Positions 42,076 through 51,970 of a DNA stretch of 64,000 bases are shown here, one piece after another; the stretch's first letter is position 1; each line of letters opens with the position of its first letter. Both the position numbers and the translations under genes were made by a program. This DNA comes from Desulfobacterales bacterium (GTDB lineage Bacteria; Desulfobacterota; Desulfobacteria; Desulfobacterales; UBA2174): assembly GCA_963668645.2 (NCBI GenBank), contig CAXXWC010000001.1, forward strand, positions 448,001-512,000. The letters are read 5' to 3'. A model generated the notes under the pieces. That model was not told the DNA's origin and searched no databases. It was given only the letters and a program-made list of their open reading frames with translations.

Positions 42076-44054
42076 CAGTATGGTTCTCCGATAATCTCGT
42101 CCAGCAACCCTTCCGTCTCCTTTTTCAGGGCCAGGATTTCGGCGCGGATCTCGTCGAGAGTCCGCATGGGTTGCGGCTTGTAGAAATAGCGGGTGAAACT
42201 GATCTCGTAGCCGATCTTGACGCTTTCGGGCACGTACCAGGCATCCGGGGCATGCGGCAGGACCTCGCGCTGCAAAAAAGCCTCGATGCCGCCGTTTTCG
42301 GTAAGCGGGATCTGCTCGGTGTCGCGCAGATCGGTGTCCGGTTCGTACTCGACCACGGCGTTCTTGCCGTTCACGGCGGCCCAGTACAGGCCGCGCAGGG
42401 TATCGGCCTCGGTGCCCCGCTTGTGGATCTTTTTGATGACCCGCGGGGCGTCTTCACTGCGGGTGCCCGTCTCCTTGAGTTTTTTGATCTCGGCCGGCTT
42501 GTAGGCCCGATTGGAATCGGCGCCGACGATGCGCAGCGGCCGTTCGACGGTCACCTTCCAGTAGCCGAAGTCCTCGTTGTCGAAAATCTTGCTCTGTTCG
42601 GTTTCCTCGAAGGCGAGAAAAACCTCGCAGATGCGCTGGATGTCGGCTTCGCCCAGCTCGCAGTTCTTCTTGCCCAGGTTCTTGCGCAGGGGCTGGTGCC
42701 ACCCGGTGGCGTCGATGAGCTGCACCCGCCCCTGGCGGTGGACCGGCTTGCGGTTGGTGAGCACCCAGATGTAGGTGGCGATGCCGGTGTTGTAGAACAT
42801 GTTCAGCGGCAGGGCGACGATGGCCTCGAGCCAGTCGTTTTCGATGATCCAGCGCCGGATGTTGCTCTCGCCCTGGCCGGCGTCGCCGGTAAACAGCGAA
42901 CTGCCGTTGTGGACCTCGGCGATGCGGCTGCCGAGCTGGGTTTTGGGCTTCATTTTGGAGAGCATGTTGGATAGAAAGAGCATCTGGCCATCGCTGGAGC
43001 GCGTGACCAGCGAGTATTCGGGATCGCCGGCGTGCTCGATGACAAAGCGCGGGTCGCGCATCTCCTTTTTGCCGCCCATGCGCTCCAGGTCGGTCTTCCA
43101 GCTCTTGCCGTAGGGCGGATTGGAGAGCATGAAATCGAACTCGTGGGACGGAAAGGCGTCGTTGGAAAGGGTCGAGTGCTCCGGGCCGCCCACGATGTTG
43201 TCCGCCGCTTCGCCCTCGCCCTTGAGCAGCAGGTCGGCCTTGCAGATGGCGTAGGTCTCGGCGTTGATCTCCTGGCCGAAAAGATGGGTGGCCACCTCCT
43301 TGCCGTGCTCTTTGGCGAGCTGGTGCAAGGTCTCTTCAGCCACGGTCAGCATGCCGCCGGTACCGCAGGCCCCGTCGTAAAGGAGATAGGTGCCCGATTC
43401 GATCTCGCTGGCGATGGGCAGAAAGATGAGGCGGGCCATCAGCCGCACGGCGTCGCGCGGGGTCCAGTGCTCGCCGGCCTCCTCGTTGTTTTCCTCGTTG
43501 AACTTGCGCACCAGTTCTTCGAAGATCGACCCCATGCCGTGGTTGTCGAGGCCGGGGTGTTTGAGAGCGCCGTCGCCGTTGAAAACCGGTTCCGGACTCA
43601 GGTTGATCTCCGGCGAGGTGAGCTTTTCGATCAGGGTGCCGAGGGCGTCGGCCTTGGACAGTCGCGGGATCTGGTTGCGAAACTCGAAGTTGTCGAGGAT
43701 GTCCTGCGCGTTGGGGGAAAAACCGTCGAGGTAGGCCTCGAAGTCGGCCTTAAGCTGCTGGCGGTTGGCGCGGGCCTTGAGGTCGCGCATGGTGAACCGG
43801 GAGGTGTTGTAAAAGGCCTGGCCGGCCGCGGCGCGCAGGGCCGGGTCCTGTTCCACCACACCGGCCTCGTCGAGGGAGGCCTTCATATGAAGCACGGCCT
43901 GTTTACTGCCTTCCAGCACGGCGTCGAAGCGGCGCAGCACGGTCATGGGCAGGATGACGTCGCGGTATTTGCCGCGCACGTAAAGGTCGCGCAGCACGTC
44001 GTCGGCGATACCCCAGATATAACCGGCGATCCAGTTGAGTCGGTTTTCTTTCAT
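42075..44054 (-). CDS. hsdM: Type I R-M N6-adenine methyltransferase
   Basis: [24 protein letters not shown] and FYNTGIATY. Confidence 0.95.
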   Translation of the reverse strand: MKENRLNWIAGYIWGIADDVLRDLYVRGKYRDVILPMTVLRRFDAVLEGSKQAVLHMKASLDEAGVVEQDPALRAAAGQAFYNTSRFTMRDLKARANRQQLKADFEAYLDGFSPNAQDILDNFEFRNQIPRLSKADALGTLIEKLTSPEINLSPEPVFNGDGALKHPGLDNHGMGSIFEELVRKFNEENNEEAGEHWTPRDAVRLMARLIFLPIASEIESGTYLLYDGACGTGGMLTVAEETLHQLAKEHGKEVATHLFGQEINAETYAICKADLLLKGEGEAADNIVGGPEHSTLSNDAFPSHEFDFMLSNPPYGKSWKTDLERMGGKKEMRDPRFVIEHAGDPEYSLVTRSSDGQMLFLSNMLSKMKPKTQLGSRIAEVHNGSSLFTGDAGQGESNIRRWIIENDWLEAIVALPLNMFYNTGIATYIWVLTNRKPVHRQGRVQLIDATGWHQPLRKNLGKKNCELGEADIQRICEVFLAFEETEQSKIFDNEDFGYWKVTVERPLRIVGADSNRAYKPAEIKKLKETGTRSEDAPRVIKKIHKRGTEADTLRGLYWAAVNGKNAVVEYEPDTDLRDTEQIPLTENGGIEAFLQREVLPHAPDAWYVPESVKIGYEISFTRYFYKPQPMRTLDEIRAEILALKKETEGLLDEIIGEPY

Positions 44055-44383
44055 GGTACTTCATGAACGGGGATGTATGTTGAATTCACCGTTATTGGGC
44101 AAAACAAAACCCCACCATCGTGCAAAAGAGCAGGGTCTCGTCGGTGACCTCACATTGAAGCGCTCCTGTGTTTTCAGTTAGCCCTAAGAGCTACCAAAGG
44201 TCCGCCAATGTGTCAACCACTTGAGTTTTGCAGCAAGGTCGTCATAATGTGACCAGCCTTGGCACCTGATCCACCAAGCGCCGGATGGGTTGCAGGTTAA
44301 AGAATTTTTTATTTTAAACCGCAGGCCGTTCAACAGCTATTGTGTTATCAATTAATTTGTTTTACATTTTTGTTCAAGTCATA

Positions 44384-45005
44384 GCACCTCCGGCAGAGCC
44401 GGAGGCTTGAATTTGTGAACCGCTCAAAGCGGTTAGTTCATGGGCCACCTCAAAGGTGGCAGGCTCTTTACTTGAAAATCGCCAATTGTTCTAACCGGCG
44501 ATCTTCACTTTCCTGGGCCTGGATATACTCGCGGACAGTCTGCTCGTCTCGGCCGACTGTGGACACATGATATCCTCTGGCCCAGAACTGCTGACCAGTA
44601 AAGTTCCGCCGACGGCCTAAGAAGTTGCGCGCTATGTGGATCGCGCTCTTTCTTTTATGTAGCCGATCACCTGCGCGACCGCATACTTGGGAGGTATCGA
44701 GATGAGCATATGCACATGGTCCAGCATCAGGTGTCCTTCGAGCACCTCGCTCTCCCGGGCTTTGGCCAATTCTCGAAAAACCGCGCCAAGGTACCTGCGC
44801 ACCTCGCCGTATAAGCTCTTCTTGCGGTACTTGGGAATCCAGACCACATGGTATTTGCATTCCCATCGGCTGTGGTTTAAGCTTAAACTGTTGTCCATGA
44901 AAGCCTCTCCTTTGTGAATTTGAGCGGTTCACATCTGGAGGGGCTTTCATTTGTTCCCGTAAATGTCAAACACTGCTGAGTCCCCCGGCATAGCCGGGGG
45001 TTTAC
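44384..45005 (-). mobile_element. tnpA: IS200/IS605-family element with frameshifted tnpA and no tnpB
   Basis: CKYHVVWIPKYRKK, HUH motif DHVHML and FWARGY split over two frames; terminal hairpins CCTCCGGCAGAGCCGGAGG and CCCCCGGCATAGCCGGGGG. Confidence 0.9.
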
Positions 45006-45038
45006 CTAAGGGCAATTAAAAAACCAAAGGGAGGCAAT

Positions 45039-45689
45039 ATGGAATGGCTTCCACCTGGTGCAATTATTTTCTTTGGTAGCCTGTTTTGGCAAGTCAACAA
45101 CTGGCTCCACACTTGGGAGAGAGTATCTTTCCGACAAACAAATGACCTCACCGATGGAAAAAACGTCAAAGGAAAAGACATCAAAGGTGAAATGCCTCGT
45201 GACCACCTTATGGGAGTTGCCACATTAATAGCCCTATCTCCGCTGGTTGTGGTGCCACTAATGCGGATCGGAAACGCATTGGAAGCAGTAATATATTCAG
45301 GATACCCAGTTTTAGCCATGATAGTACTAGGCCAGTGGCGTGGAAGGAAGTCTGTTAGCGGAATGCTGTTTTTCGGCGCCCACGGCTTTGAGATGTCGCT
45401 GTTATCATTCCTAAACAAGCTGTCGCATGTCGAATCTTTTGAGACTGCAAAGTTTTGGATGCACATGTGGATAACTGTATCAATAGCGTTTGTGGTAGTG
45501 TTTGCAGGGGCGTTAGGAGGGATGTATAGGATTGATCGAGAAAGGTATGGATGGAGTGCAATGCCTGAAGAGACTCAAATACTTGCTTGTCTATATTCAA
45601 TAAGTGCTATCTGGATGTTGACAGCTGGCTTCCTGTGGTGGGGCCTACCCGCGATACAGTTGGTGATGAAACTTCCTCCTATCATATGA
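45039..45689 (+). CDS. Hypothetical multi-pass membrane protein
   Basis: GGGAGG RBS, AT-rich, several hydrophobic segments and a diverged second copy at 24657. Confidence 0.75.
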   Translation: MEWLPPGAIIFFGSLFWQVNNWLHTWERVSFRQTNDLTDGKNVKGKDIKGEMPRDHLMGVATLIALSPLVVVPLMRIGNALEAVIYSGYPVLAMIVLGQWRGRKSVSGMLFFGAHGFEMSLLSFLNKLSHVESFETAKFWMHMWITVSIAFVVVFAGALGGMYRIDRERYGWSAMPEETQILACLYSISAIWMLTAGFLWWGLPAIQLVMKLPPII

Positions 45690-45749
45690 TTTTTCTATCC
45701 ACAAACGGGTGTTATTCATTTGGCTGCCAATAGACATTCAAGCCACCAA

Positions 45750-45840
45750 GCAAATTCTTCCAGATTTCCTCCCGGGCCTTGTTGATGGCATCCAGCGGCA
45801 GGTCGACTTCGATGAGTTTATTACGACTTTAGATGTCCAT
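45750..45840 (-). pseudogene. Remnant of a DUF1156 DNA methylase N-terminus
   Basis: Manual translation MDI*SRNKLIEVDLPLDAINKAREEIWK resembles the KKLIEVALPLDAIN start of that family. Confidence 0.55.
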
Positions 45841-45853
45841 GCGGTTCACTTCT

Positions 45854-46960
45854 TCATTGGATGCGAATTTCGTAATGCGTTCCGCGCCCCGCGCCTTTGG
45901 CCTTTGACAGAGCCCCCATTTCGATCAAGGCCAGAATGTCCCGGTAGGCCGTGTCCTGGGAACACTTGGCCAGTTTGCCCCACTTGCTGGTGGTGAGCTT
46001 ACCGTCAAATCCATCGAGCAGGCGGTTGAGCACCTTTATCTGTCTTGGGTTCATCGGGCTGGCGGCGAAACGTTCCCAAAAACGCGCTTTGTCCAGCACT
46101 ACCGCCAACATGCCCTGGGCTTGGGATATAGCGCGCTGGAGGCATCCTAAAAACCACATCAACCAATCGGTTACATCCATGTCGCCCTTTTGGGTACGCT
46201 CCAAGACGGCATAGTAGTCTGAACGCTCTTTTTGAATCTGGGCCGACAGGCTGTAGAACCGCTGCACGGTCCGATCCGATCGCGCCAGGGCCATATCGCC
46301 CACCGCACGGGCTATGCGCCCGTTGCCGTCGTCGAAGGGGTGCAGGGTCACCAGCCAAAGGTGTGCCAGCCCCGCCTTCAACACCTCGTCAATCTCGCCG
46401 GCACCTTCAAACCATTTCAAAAAACACGCGATTTCAGCATCCAGCCGGTCTGCCGGAGGTGCGGTGTAATGCACCTTCTGGCGGTCGATGCGCCCCGACA
46501 CGACTTGCATCGGCCCTGTAAGATCGTCGCGCCAAACACCGACTCGGATTTTTGACAGTCCGCTACGGCCGGTGGGAAACAACGCCCCGTGCCAGGCGCA
46601 CAAACGCTCGGCGGTCAACGGGCGCTCATGATGGCGGGTGGCATCGAGCACCACCTCCACGATACCGTCCACATGGCGGTCCGCCGGCGCCAGGGCTCCG
46701 ATATCCAGCCCCAATTGACGCGCAATGGAGGAGCGCACCTGTTCGGCGTCCAGGCTTTCGCCCTCGATCTCGCAGGTCTTGACCACATCCCGGGTAAGGG
46801 TCGCCAGCCAAGCCTCATCGCGCAGCTTGAATCCGAGCGACTCCAGCCGCCCCAGCAGCCGCCCCTGGTCGTGCCGCACCTGGGCCAGCGGCGCTGCCAG
46901 CCGCTCAAGACCATATCGCAAGGAGGGCCAATCGGGATGTTGCCAAATGTAATGGGGCAT
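45854..46960 (-). CDS. Fic-family protein (DUF4172 type)
   Basis: HPFDDGNGRIAR motif, YIWQHPDWP N-terminus and C-terminal HTH. Confidence 0.93.
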   Translation of the reverse strand: MPHYIWQHPDWPSLRYGLERLAAPLAQVRHDQGRLLGRLESLGFKLRDEAWLATLTRDVVKTCEIEGESLDAEQVRSSIARQLGLDIGALAPADRHVDGIVEVVLDATRHHERPLTAERLCAWHGALFPTGRSGLSKIRVGVWRDDLTGPMQVVSGRIDRQKVHYTAPPADRLDAEIACFLKWFEGAGEIDEVLKAGLAHLWLVTLHPFDDGNGRIARAVGDMALARSDRTVQRFYSLSAQIQKERSDYYAVLERTQKGDMDVTDWLMWFLGCLQRAISQAQGMLAVVLDKARFWERFAASPMNPRQIKVLNRLLDGFDGKLTTSKWGKLAKCSQDTAYRDILALIEMGALSKAKGAGRGTHYEIRIQ

Positions 46961-47061
46961 TTTTATTCTCCGCAGATATTGCGGATTTTATCACCTCTAT
47001 TCTCCGCAAATGCAAGCGTTAATCGCATGGCGTCCGGCGCCCAGGCGATTTGGAGGACCCA

Positions 47062-47110
47062 AAAAAATGAAGGGGCCAGCCGGAAATCCGACTGACCCCT
47101 TCTATATTTT
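47062..47110 (-). terminator. Terminator downstream of the tRNA pair
   Basis: GAAGGGGCCAGCCGG...CCGACTGACCCCTTC hairpin with a T-run on the minus strand. Confidence 0.65.
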
Positions 47111-47187
47111 GGCGTCCCCAAGGGGATTTGAACCCCTGTCGCCGGCGTGAAAGGCCGGTGTCCTGGACCGGGCTAGACGATGGGGAC
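47110..47187 (-). tRNA. tRNA-Glu(TTC)
   Basis: Cloverleaf with anticodon arm CCGGC-CTTTCAC-GCCGG, GGTTCAAATCC and CCA end. Confidence 0.96.
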
Positions 47188-47203
47188 GAAGACGGCCGTT
47201 TGA

Positions 47204-47279
47204 TGGTGGGCCGTGTTGGACTCGAACCAACGACTCTCTGCTTAAAAGGCAGATACTCTACCGACTGAGTTAACGGCCC
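47204..47279 (-). tRNA. tRNA-Lys(TTT)
   Basis: Cloverleaf with anticodon arm TCTGC-CTTTTAA-GCAGA, GGTTCGAGTCC and CCA end. Confidence 0.96.
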
Positions 47280-47297
47280 GCGCCCAGTAAAAAGACG

Positions 47298-47326
47298 CTT
47301 TTAGCCGCCATCGGATGCCTTGTCAA
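47298..47326 (-). promoter_or_regulatory. Sigma70-type promoter for the tRNA pair
   Basis: TTGACA-N17-TAAAAG just upstream of tRNA-Lys. Confidence 0.55.
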
Positions 47327-47339
47327 GGAAAATCAGCAC

Positions 47340-48788
47340 CTACTTGCGCCAAAATTCCGGCACGAGCAAGATCAGCACGGTAAAAACCTCCAGCCGGCCC
47401 AGCAGCATGCACCAGATCAAGAGCCATTTGCCCGCCATGGGAATATGGGCGAAATTTTCCACCGGGCCTACCGAACCAAACCCGGGGCCGATATTGCCAA
47501 GGGTGGCGGCCACAGCGCCGAAGCTGGTGATGAAATCGACCCCCATCCAGGCCAGCACCACGCTGGCCAAGGCGAAAATACCCACGTAGAGCGCCAAAAA
47601 TCCCATCACTGAACGCATCACGTCCTCCGGGACCGCGCGCCCGGCGATCTTGACATGCGTCACCGCGTGGGGGTGCACCAGGGTAAACAGCTCCCGGTAG
47701 CAGTACTTGAAGCAGAGCATGACCCGCAGGCACTTGATCCCCCCCCCGGTGGATCCGGCGCTGGCCCCGATGAACATGCACAGCAGCAGGATGAGCTGGC
47801 TCATGGCGGGCCATTTTTCGTAATCGGCCGTGGCATACCCGGTGGTGGTAAGAATCGACACCACCTGGAAGGCCCCGTAGCGCAGGGCATCGCCGACTCC
47901 CTGGTAGACCTCGCGCCAAAGATCGAAGCTCACCAGCAGGACCAGCAGCGACACCGCCGCGAGAAAGAAGCGGCACTCCGGATCGCGCCAGAAGGCCAGC
48001 GTCTTGCCGCGCAAGAACTGATAGTGCAACGAAAAGTTGATTCCGGCCAGGACCATGAAGATCAAAATCACCGCATCAATGTAGACGCTGTCATAGCCGG
48101 CCACCGAAGCATTGCGGGTGGAAAAGCCGCCGGTGGGCATGGTGGTGAAGGTGTGGCAGAGAGCGTCGTAGAGGCTCATCCCGCCCATAAGCAGGCAGAC
48201 CACCTCGGCGGCACTGATCAACAGGTAGACCTTCCACATGATCCGGGCCGTGTCGCGGATCCGCGGCTTGAGCTTGTCCGGCACCGGGCTGGGCACCTCG
48301 GCCTTGTAAAGCTGCATCCCGCCGACTCCGAGAAAGGGCAGGATGGCCACCGAGAGAACGATGATCCCCATGCCGCCGAGCCACTGGATCAGGCTGCGCC
48401 AGAAGAGCAGCCCTTTGGAAACCGCCTCGATGTCGGTCAGTACGGACGAGCCGGTGGTGGTGAACCCGGATACCGATTCGAAAAAAGCATCGGTGAAGCT
48501 GTCGAACCCGTCGCCGAAGTAAAACGGCAGGGCACCGAAAATCCCCGCCAGGGTCCAGCCGATGGCCACGATGGCCATCCCCTCGCGCTGGCTGATGGTC
48601 TCCATGCGGCTGCGGCCCACGGCCAGATACATCAACAAGCCGGCCCCCACGGTGATGGCCATGGCCTTGATCAGAGCCTCAGGACTCGGGTCGTGGTAAA
48701 AGAGACCCACAGTGAGCGGCAGCGCCATGCTCAGCCCCAAAAAGACCAGCAGCAGGCCTACCACGTTCAGAATCGGGCGCCAGCGCAC
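47340..48788 (-). CDS. trkH: Trk K+ uptake membrane protein
   Basis: FFESVSGFTTTG, QWLGGMG, GSTGGGIK and LGNIGPG. Confidence 0.95.
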   Translation of the reverse strand: MRWRPILNVVGLLLVFLGLSMALPLTVGLFYHDPSPEALIKAMAITVGAGLLMYLAVGRSRMETISQREGMAIVAIGWTLAGIFGALPFYFGDGFDSFTDAFFESVSGFTTTGSSVLTDIEAVSKGLLFWRSLIQWLGGMGIIVLSVAILPFLGVGGMQLYKAEVPSPVPDKLKPRIRDTARIMWKVYLLISAAEVVCLLMGGMSLYDALCHTFTTMPTGGFSTRNASVAGYDSVYIDAVILIFMVLAGINFSLHYQFLRGKTLAFWRDPECRFFLAAVSLLVLLVSFDLWREVYQGVGDALRYGAFQVVSILTTTGYATADYEKWPAMSQLILLLCMFIGASAGSTGGGIKCLRVMLCFKYCYRELFTLVHPHAVTHVKIAGRAVPEDVMRSVMGFLALYVGIFALASVVLAWMGVDFITSFGAVAATLGNIGPGFGSVGPVENFAHIPMAGKWLLIWCMLLGRLEVFTVLILLVPEFWRK

Positions 48789-50152
48789 TAGAAGTACTCC
48801 AGTTTTACGGAGAGAATCTTCTCGATCTTGGAGATGGCCTCACGCCGGGCAAAGATGATGATGCGGTCATCGGGCGCAATCACGCTTTCGCCGGTGGGAA
48901 TGATGACCTCGTCGCCGCGGATGATGCCCGTCACCAGACTCCCGCGGGGAAAGTCGATCCGGCGCAGCGGCTGGCCCACGATCTCCGAGGTCTCCAGGGC
49001 CACGGCTTCCATCACCTCGGCCTGTTCGCCCTTGATCGAAACCGCCGAGAGCACCTTGCCGCGGCGGATATGCTGGAGAATGGAATTGATGGCCGACAGG
49101 CGCGGGCTGACCACGTGGTCCAGGCCGATGGCCGACATGAGCGGCAGATAGCTGAACTTGTTGATCAGGGTGATCGTTTTTCTCGCCCCGAGGCGGCGGG
49201 CCAGCAGCGAGGATAGGATGTTGGTTTCCTCGTCGCCGGTCAGCGTGATCACCAGGTCGATATCCTGGACGTTCTCCTCGGTGAGCAGGGCCTGGTCGCT
49301 GCCGTCGCCGTGCAGCACGATCACCTTGTTGAGCCGTTCGGCCAGCACGCGGCAACGCTCGGGATCGCGCTCGACGATCTTGGTGTAAATCCCGTTTTCC
49401 TCCATCCGCCGGGCCAGGCGCATCCCGATGCGCCCGCCGCCGATGATCATTGTGCGCCGGATCGGCTGGGCCCGTTTGGCGAAGATTTCCAGAGTCTGGT
49501 GCAGGACCTGCTCCTCGCTGATAAAGTAGACCAGATCCCCGGCCAGCAGGCGATCGTTGCCGCGCGGAATGATCAATTTCTCTTCGCGCACCACGGCGGC
49601 GATGAGCAGCCGCCTTCCTTCGAGGATCTGGGGCAGATCGATGAGCCGCGCCCCGGCCAAAACCGAATTGGCATCCAAGGGGATGCCCACGAACTTGACC
49701 CGTCCGTCGGCGAACTCGTTGACGTCCACCGCCCCGGGGACCTTCATCATGCGCTCGATGGTCTTGACGACCTCCACCTCGGGGTTGATGACGGTGTCGA
49801 TATGCGGCGAGTGGTCGCGGAAACGGTCGGTGAAGGCGTCGAACCCGGCCCCGCGGATGCGGGCCAGCTTGAGGGTCGAAGGCGAGATCAAGTCGGCCAT
49901 GAGGCAGGCCACCAGGTTGGTCTCGTCGCTGTTGGTCACGGCCAGCAGGATCTCGGCACCGTGGATGCCGGCCTCCTCGAGAGTCACCGGGCTGGAGCCC
50001 GAACCGACCAGGACCTGGACGTCGATGCTATCCGACACCCGCCGGGTCGCCTCGGCCTTGGCATCGATCACCACCACATCCTTGTCTTCCGAAGCCAGGT
50101 GGCTGGCGATGTGAAATCCCACCTCCCCGGCGCCCACGATAATGATCTTCAC
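48788..50152 (-). CDS. trkA: Trk K+ uptake NAD-binding subunit
   Basis: Two RCK Rossmann motifs: IIVGAGEVG and IIGGGRIG. Confidence 0.95.
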   Translation of the reverse strand: MKIIIVGAGEVGFHIASHLASEDKDVVVIDAKAEATRRVSDSIDVQVLVGSGSSPVTLEEAGIHGAEILLAVTNSDETNLVACLMADLISPSTLKLARIRGAGFDAFTDRFRDHSPHIDTVINPEVEVVKTIERMMKVPGAVDVNEFADGRVKFVGIPLDANSVLAGARLIDLPQILEGRRLLIAAVVREEKLIIPRGNDRLLAGDLVYFISEEQVLHQTLEIFAKRAQPIRRTMIIGGGRIGMRLARRMEENGIYTKIVERDPERCRVLAERLNKVIVLHGDGSDQALLTEENVQDIDLVITLTGDEETNILSSLLARRLGARKTITLINKFSYLPLMSAIGLDHVVSPRLSAINSILQHIRRGKVLSAVSIKGEQAEVMEAVALETSEIVGQPLRRIDFPRGSLVTGIIRGDEVIIPTGESVIAPDDRIIIFARREAISKIEKILSVKLEYF

Positions 50153-50431
50153 GTCCGACTCCCTTTCGAGATCACTGTTGGTGGCCCATTTGCGCGCCGG
50201 TAGGTCTACTAGACTCCCCCATACGTGTCAATCGATGGAAGCGGCCCCAGTCTTCAACGTCCCTGCGGGCGGCCGAGAGGCCGGTCCCGTTTCGAGCCCA
50301 AGGCATTGTTGAACAACCATATTTAACAGGAGCGGCAAGATGATGGCCTTCGGCCCGCAGTTCAGGATAGGGTCAGCTTTTTGCTTGAATCCTGAGTGCC
50401 CGAGGCCAACTGAGACGGCACGCCGGCCCCC

Positions 50432-51187
50432 TTACAGCAAGACAGCCGCAAGGCAGGCCAATCCGACCGCTACGATACAGGCCGCGTCGCGAGCGGTGGC
50501 TTCCAGGGGGGGATCGACCCGTTCCTCGGTGTAACAGCGGGCCTCCATGGCCAGGGTCAACCGGTCGGCTCGCAGCAGGGTGCGGCGCATCAACCCGATG
50601 CTGAAAAGCGACAGGCGCCGGACCGGATTGCGGCACGCCTCGATACCGCGTGCGCGCTGGGCATCGCGGGTTTCGGCGGCCTGCTGAAGAATCTCGGGGA
50701 TAAAGCGCACCAAAAGGCCCATCATGGTGGCGGCCCGGCGGGCCGGAATCCCCGGCATGGGGCCCAGACACCAGGCCACCGCGGCCCGCACCGCCCAGCT
50801 GCGGGTCGTGGCGGTGAACAGCGCACCACCCAACACCACCACCAGGATGCGCCAGACAAAGACGCCGCCCTCGACAGCGCCTTGGCGGCTGAGGCTGAAC
50901 CAACCGGCCGAAAAAATGGGGTCTCCGGGAATCATCCAGGCGCGCACCAGGGCCACCAGCCCCAGCATGATCAGAAAAGGGCCCAGGGCGGCAAGCAGGC
51001 GTCCCAATTCCAGGCGAACATCCAAAACGGCCGCCAATATCAGCCCCGAGAGCAGGATCAGGCCGGTGGGCGCGGCCAGGCTGGCGGCCATGCCCACCAG
51101 GGCCAGGGCGCCGATCTTGAAGCGCGCATCCAGCCGGTGAAGGCGGCTCGTACCCGGACGAAACCCGATGGGATTCAGCTCAGCCAC
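50432..51187 (-). CDS. ECF transporter T component (BioN/CbiQ-like)
   Basis: LHRLDARFK, AQRARG and AMEARCY. Confidence 0.9.
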   Translation of the reverse strand: MAELNPIGFRPGTSRLHRLDARFKIGALALVGMAASLAAPTGLILLSGLILAAVLDVRLELGRLLAALGPFLIMLGLVALVRAWMIPGDPIFSAGWFSLSRQGAVEGGVFVWRILVVVLGGALFTATTRSWAVRAAVAWCLGPMPGIPARRAATMMGLLVRFIPEILQQAAETRDAQRARGIEACRNPVRRLSLFSIGLMRRTLLRADRLTLAMEARCYTEERVDPPLEATARDAACIVAVGLACLAAVLL

Positions 51188-51924
51188 GATTCCAGCCCTG
51201 CTCCCATGCGCACGCTGCAGGGCCGGCGCACCCCATAGCGCTCGATGTCTTGCAAAAGTCCGAGAGGCGCGCCGTCGCCGACGATCCGACCGCGATCGAG
51301 GATCACCAAACGGTCGGCGTGGGCCACCACCTTTTCCAGGTCGTGGGTGGTGACGATGAGGGTCTTGCCGCCGGCGTGCAAGGCCACCATGCGCCGCAGG
51401 ACCGAACAGATCCCGGGATAATCGAGGTTGGAAAACGGCTCGTCAAAAACGATGACCGCCGGCTCCATGGCCAGTACGCCGGCCACGGCCAGGCGGCGCT
51501 TTTCGCCGCCGGAAAGCAGGTGCGGCGGCACGTCGCTGACGGCCGCCAGGTTCATGGAATCCAGGGCTTCTGCGACTCGCAGGTCGATCTCGTTGCGCCC
51601 CAGGCCCAGGTTTTGCGGCCCGAAGGCCACGTCGTCGGCCACGGTTTCCCCCACGATCTGGGTGTCGACATCCTGGAACACCATCCCCACCCGGCGCCGG
51701 GCCCGGGCCGGATCGCGGGCCACATCGATCCCGTCGATACGCACCGTCCCGGCCGAGGGGCGCAACAGCCCGTTGAGGTGCCGCAACAGGGTCGACTTGC
51801 CCGAACCGTTGGCTCCGGCGATCACCAGCCACGTGCCGGCCTCGACCTGCAGTTGGATCTTGTCCAATCCGAGGGAGCCGTCCGCGAACCGGTGGGTCAG
51901 ATTTACGATCTCGATCAGAGCCAT
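51175..51924 (-). CDS. ECF transporter ATPase (BioM/CbiO-like)
   Basis: GANGSGKS, LSGGEKRR and FDEP; start set at MALIEI. Confidence 0.92.
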   Translation of the reverse strand: MALIEIVNLTHRFADGSLGLDKIQLQVEAGTWLVIAGANGSGKSTLLRHLNGLLRPSAGTVRIDGIDVARDPARARRRVGMVFQDVDTQIVGETVADDVAFGPQNLGLGRNEIDLRVAEALDSMNLAAVSDVPPHLLSGGEKRRLAVAGVLAMEPAVIVFDEPFSNLDYPGICSVLRRMVALHAGGKTLIVTTHDLEKVVAHADRLVILDRGRIVGDGAPLGLLQDIERYGVRRPCSVRMGAGLESWLS

Positions 51925-51970
51925 TGCAAAAACCAGGGCGAATGGATCAGCGTTGAAACCGGGATTGATT

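Noticed and set aside
45005..45750. The 45039-45689 gene as an integron cassette
   Set aside because: No RYYYAAC...GTTRRRY palindrome found downstream.
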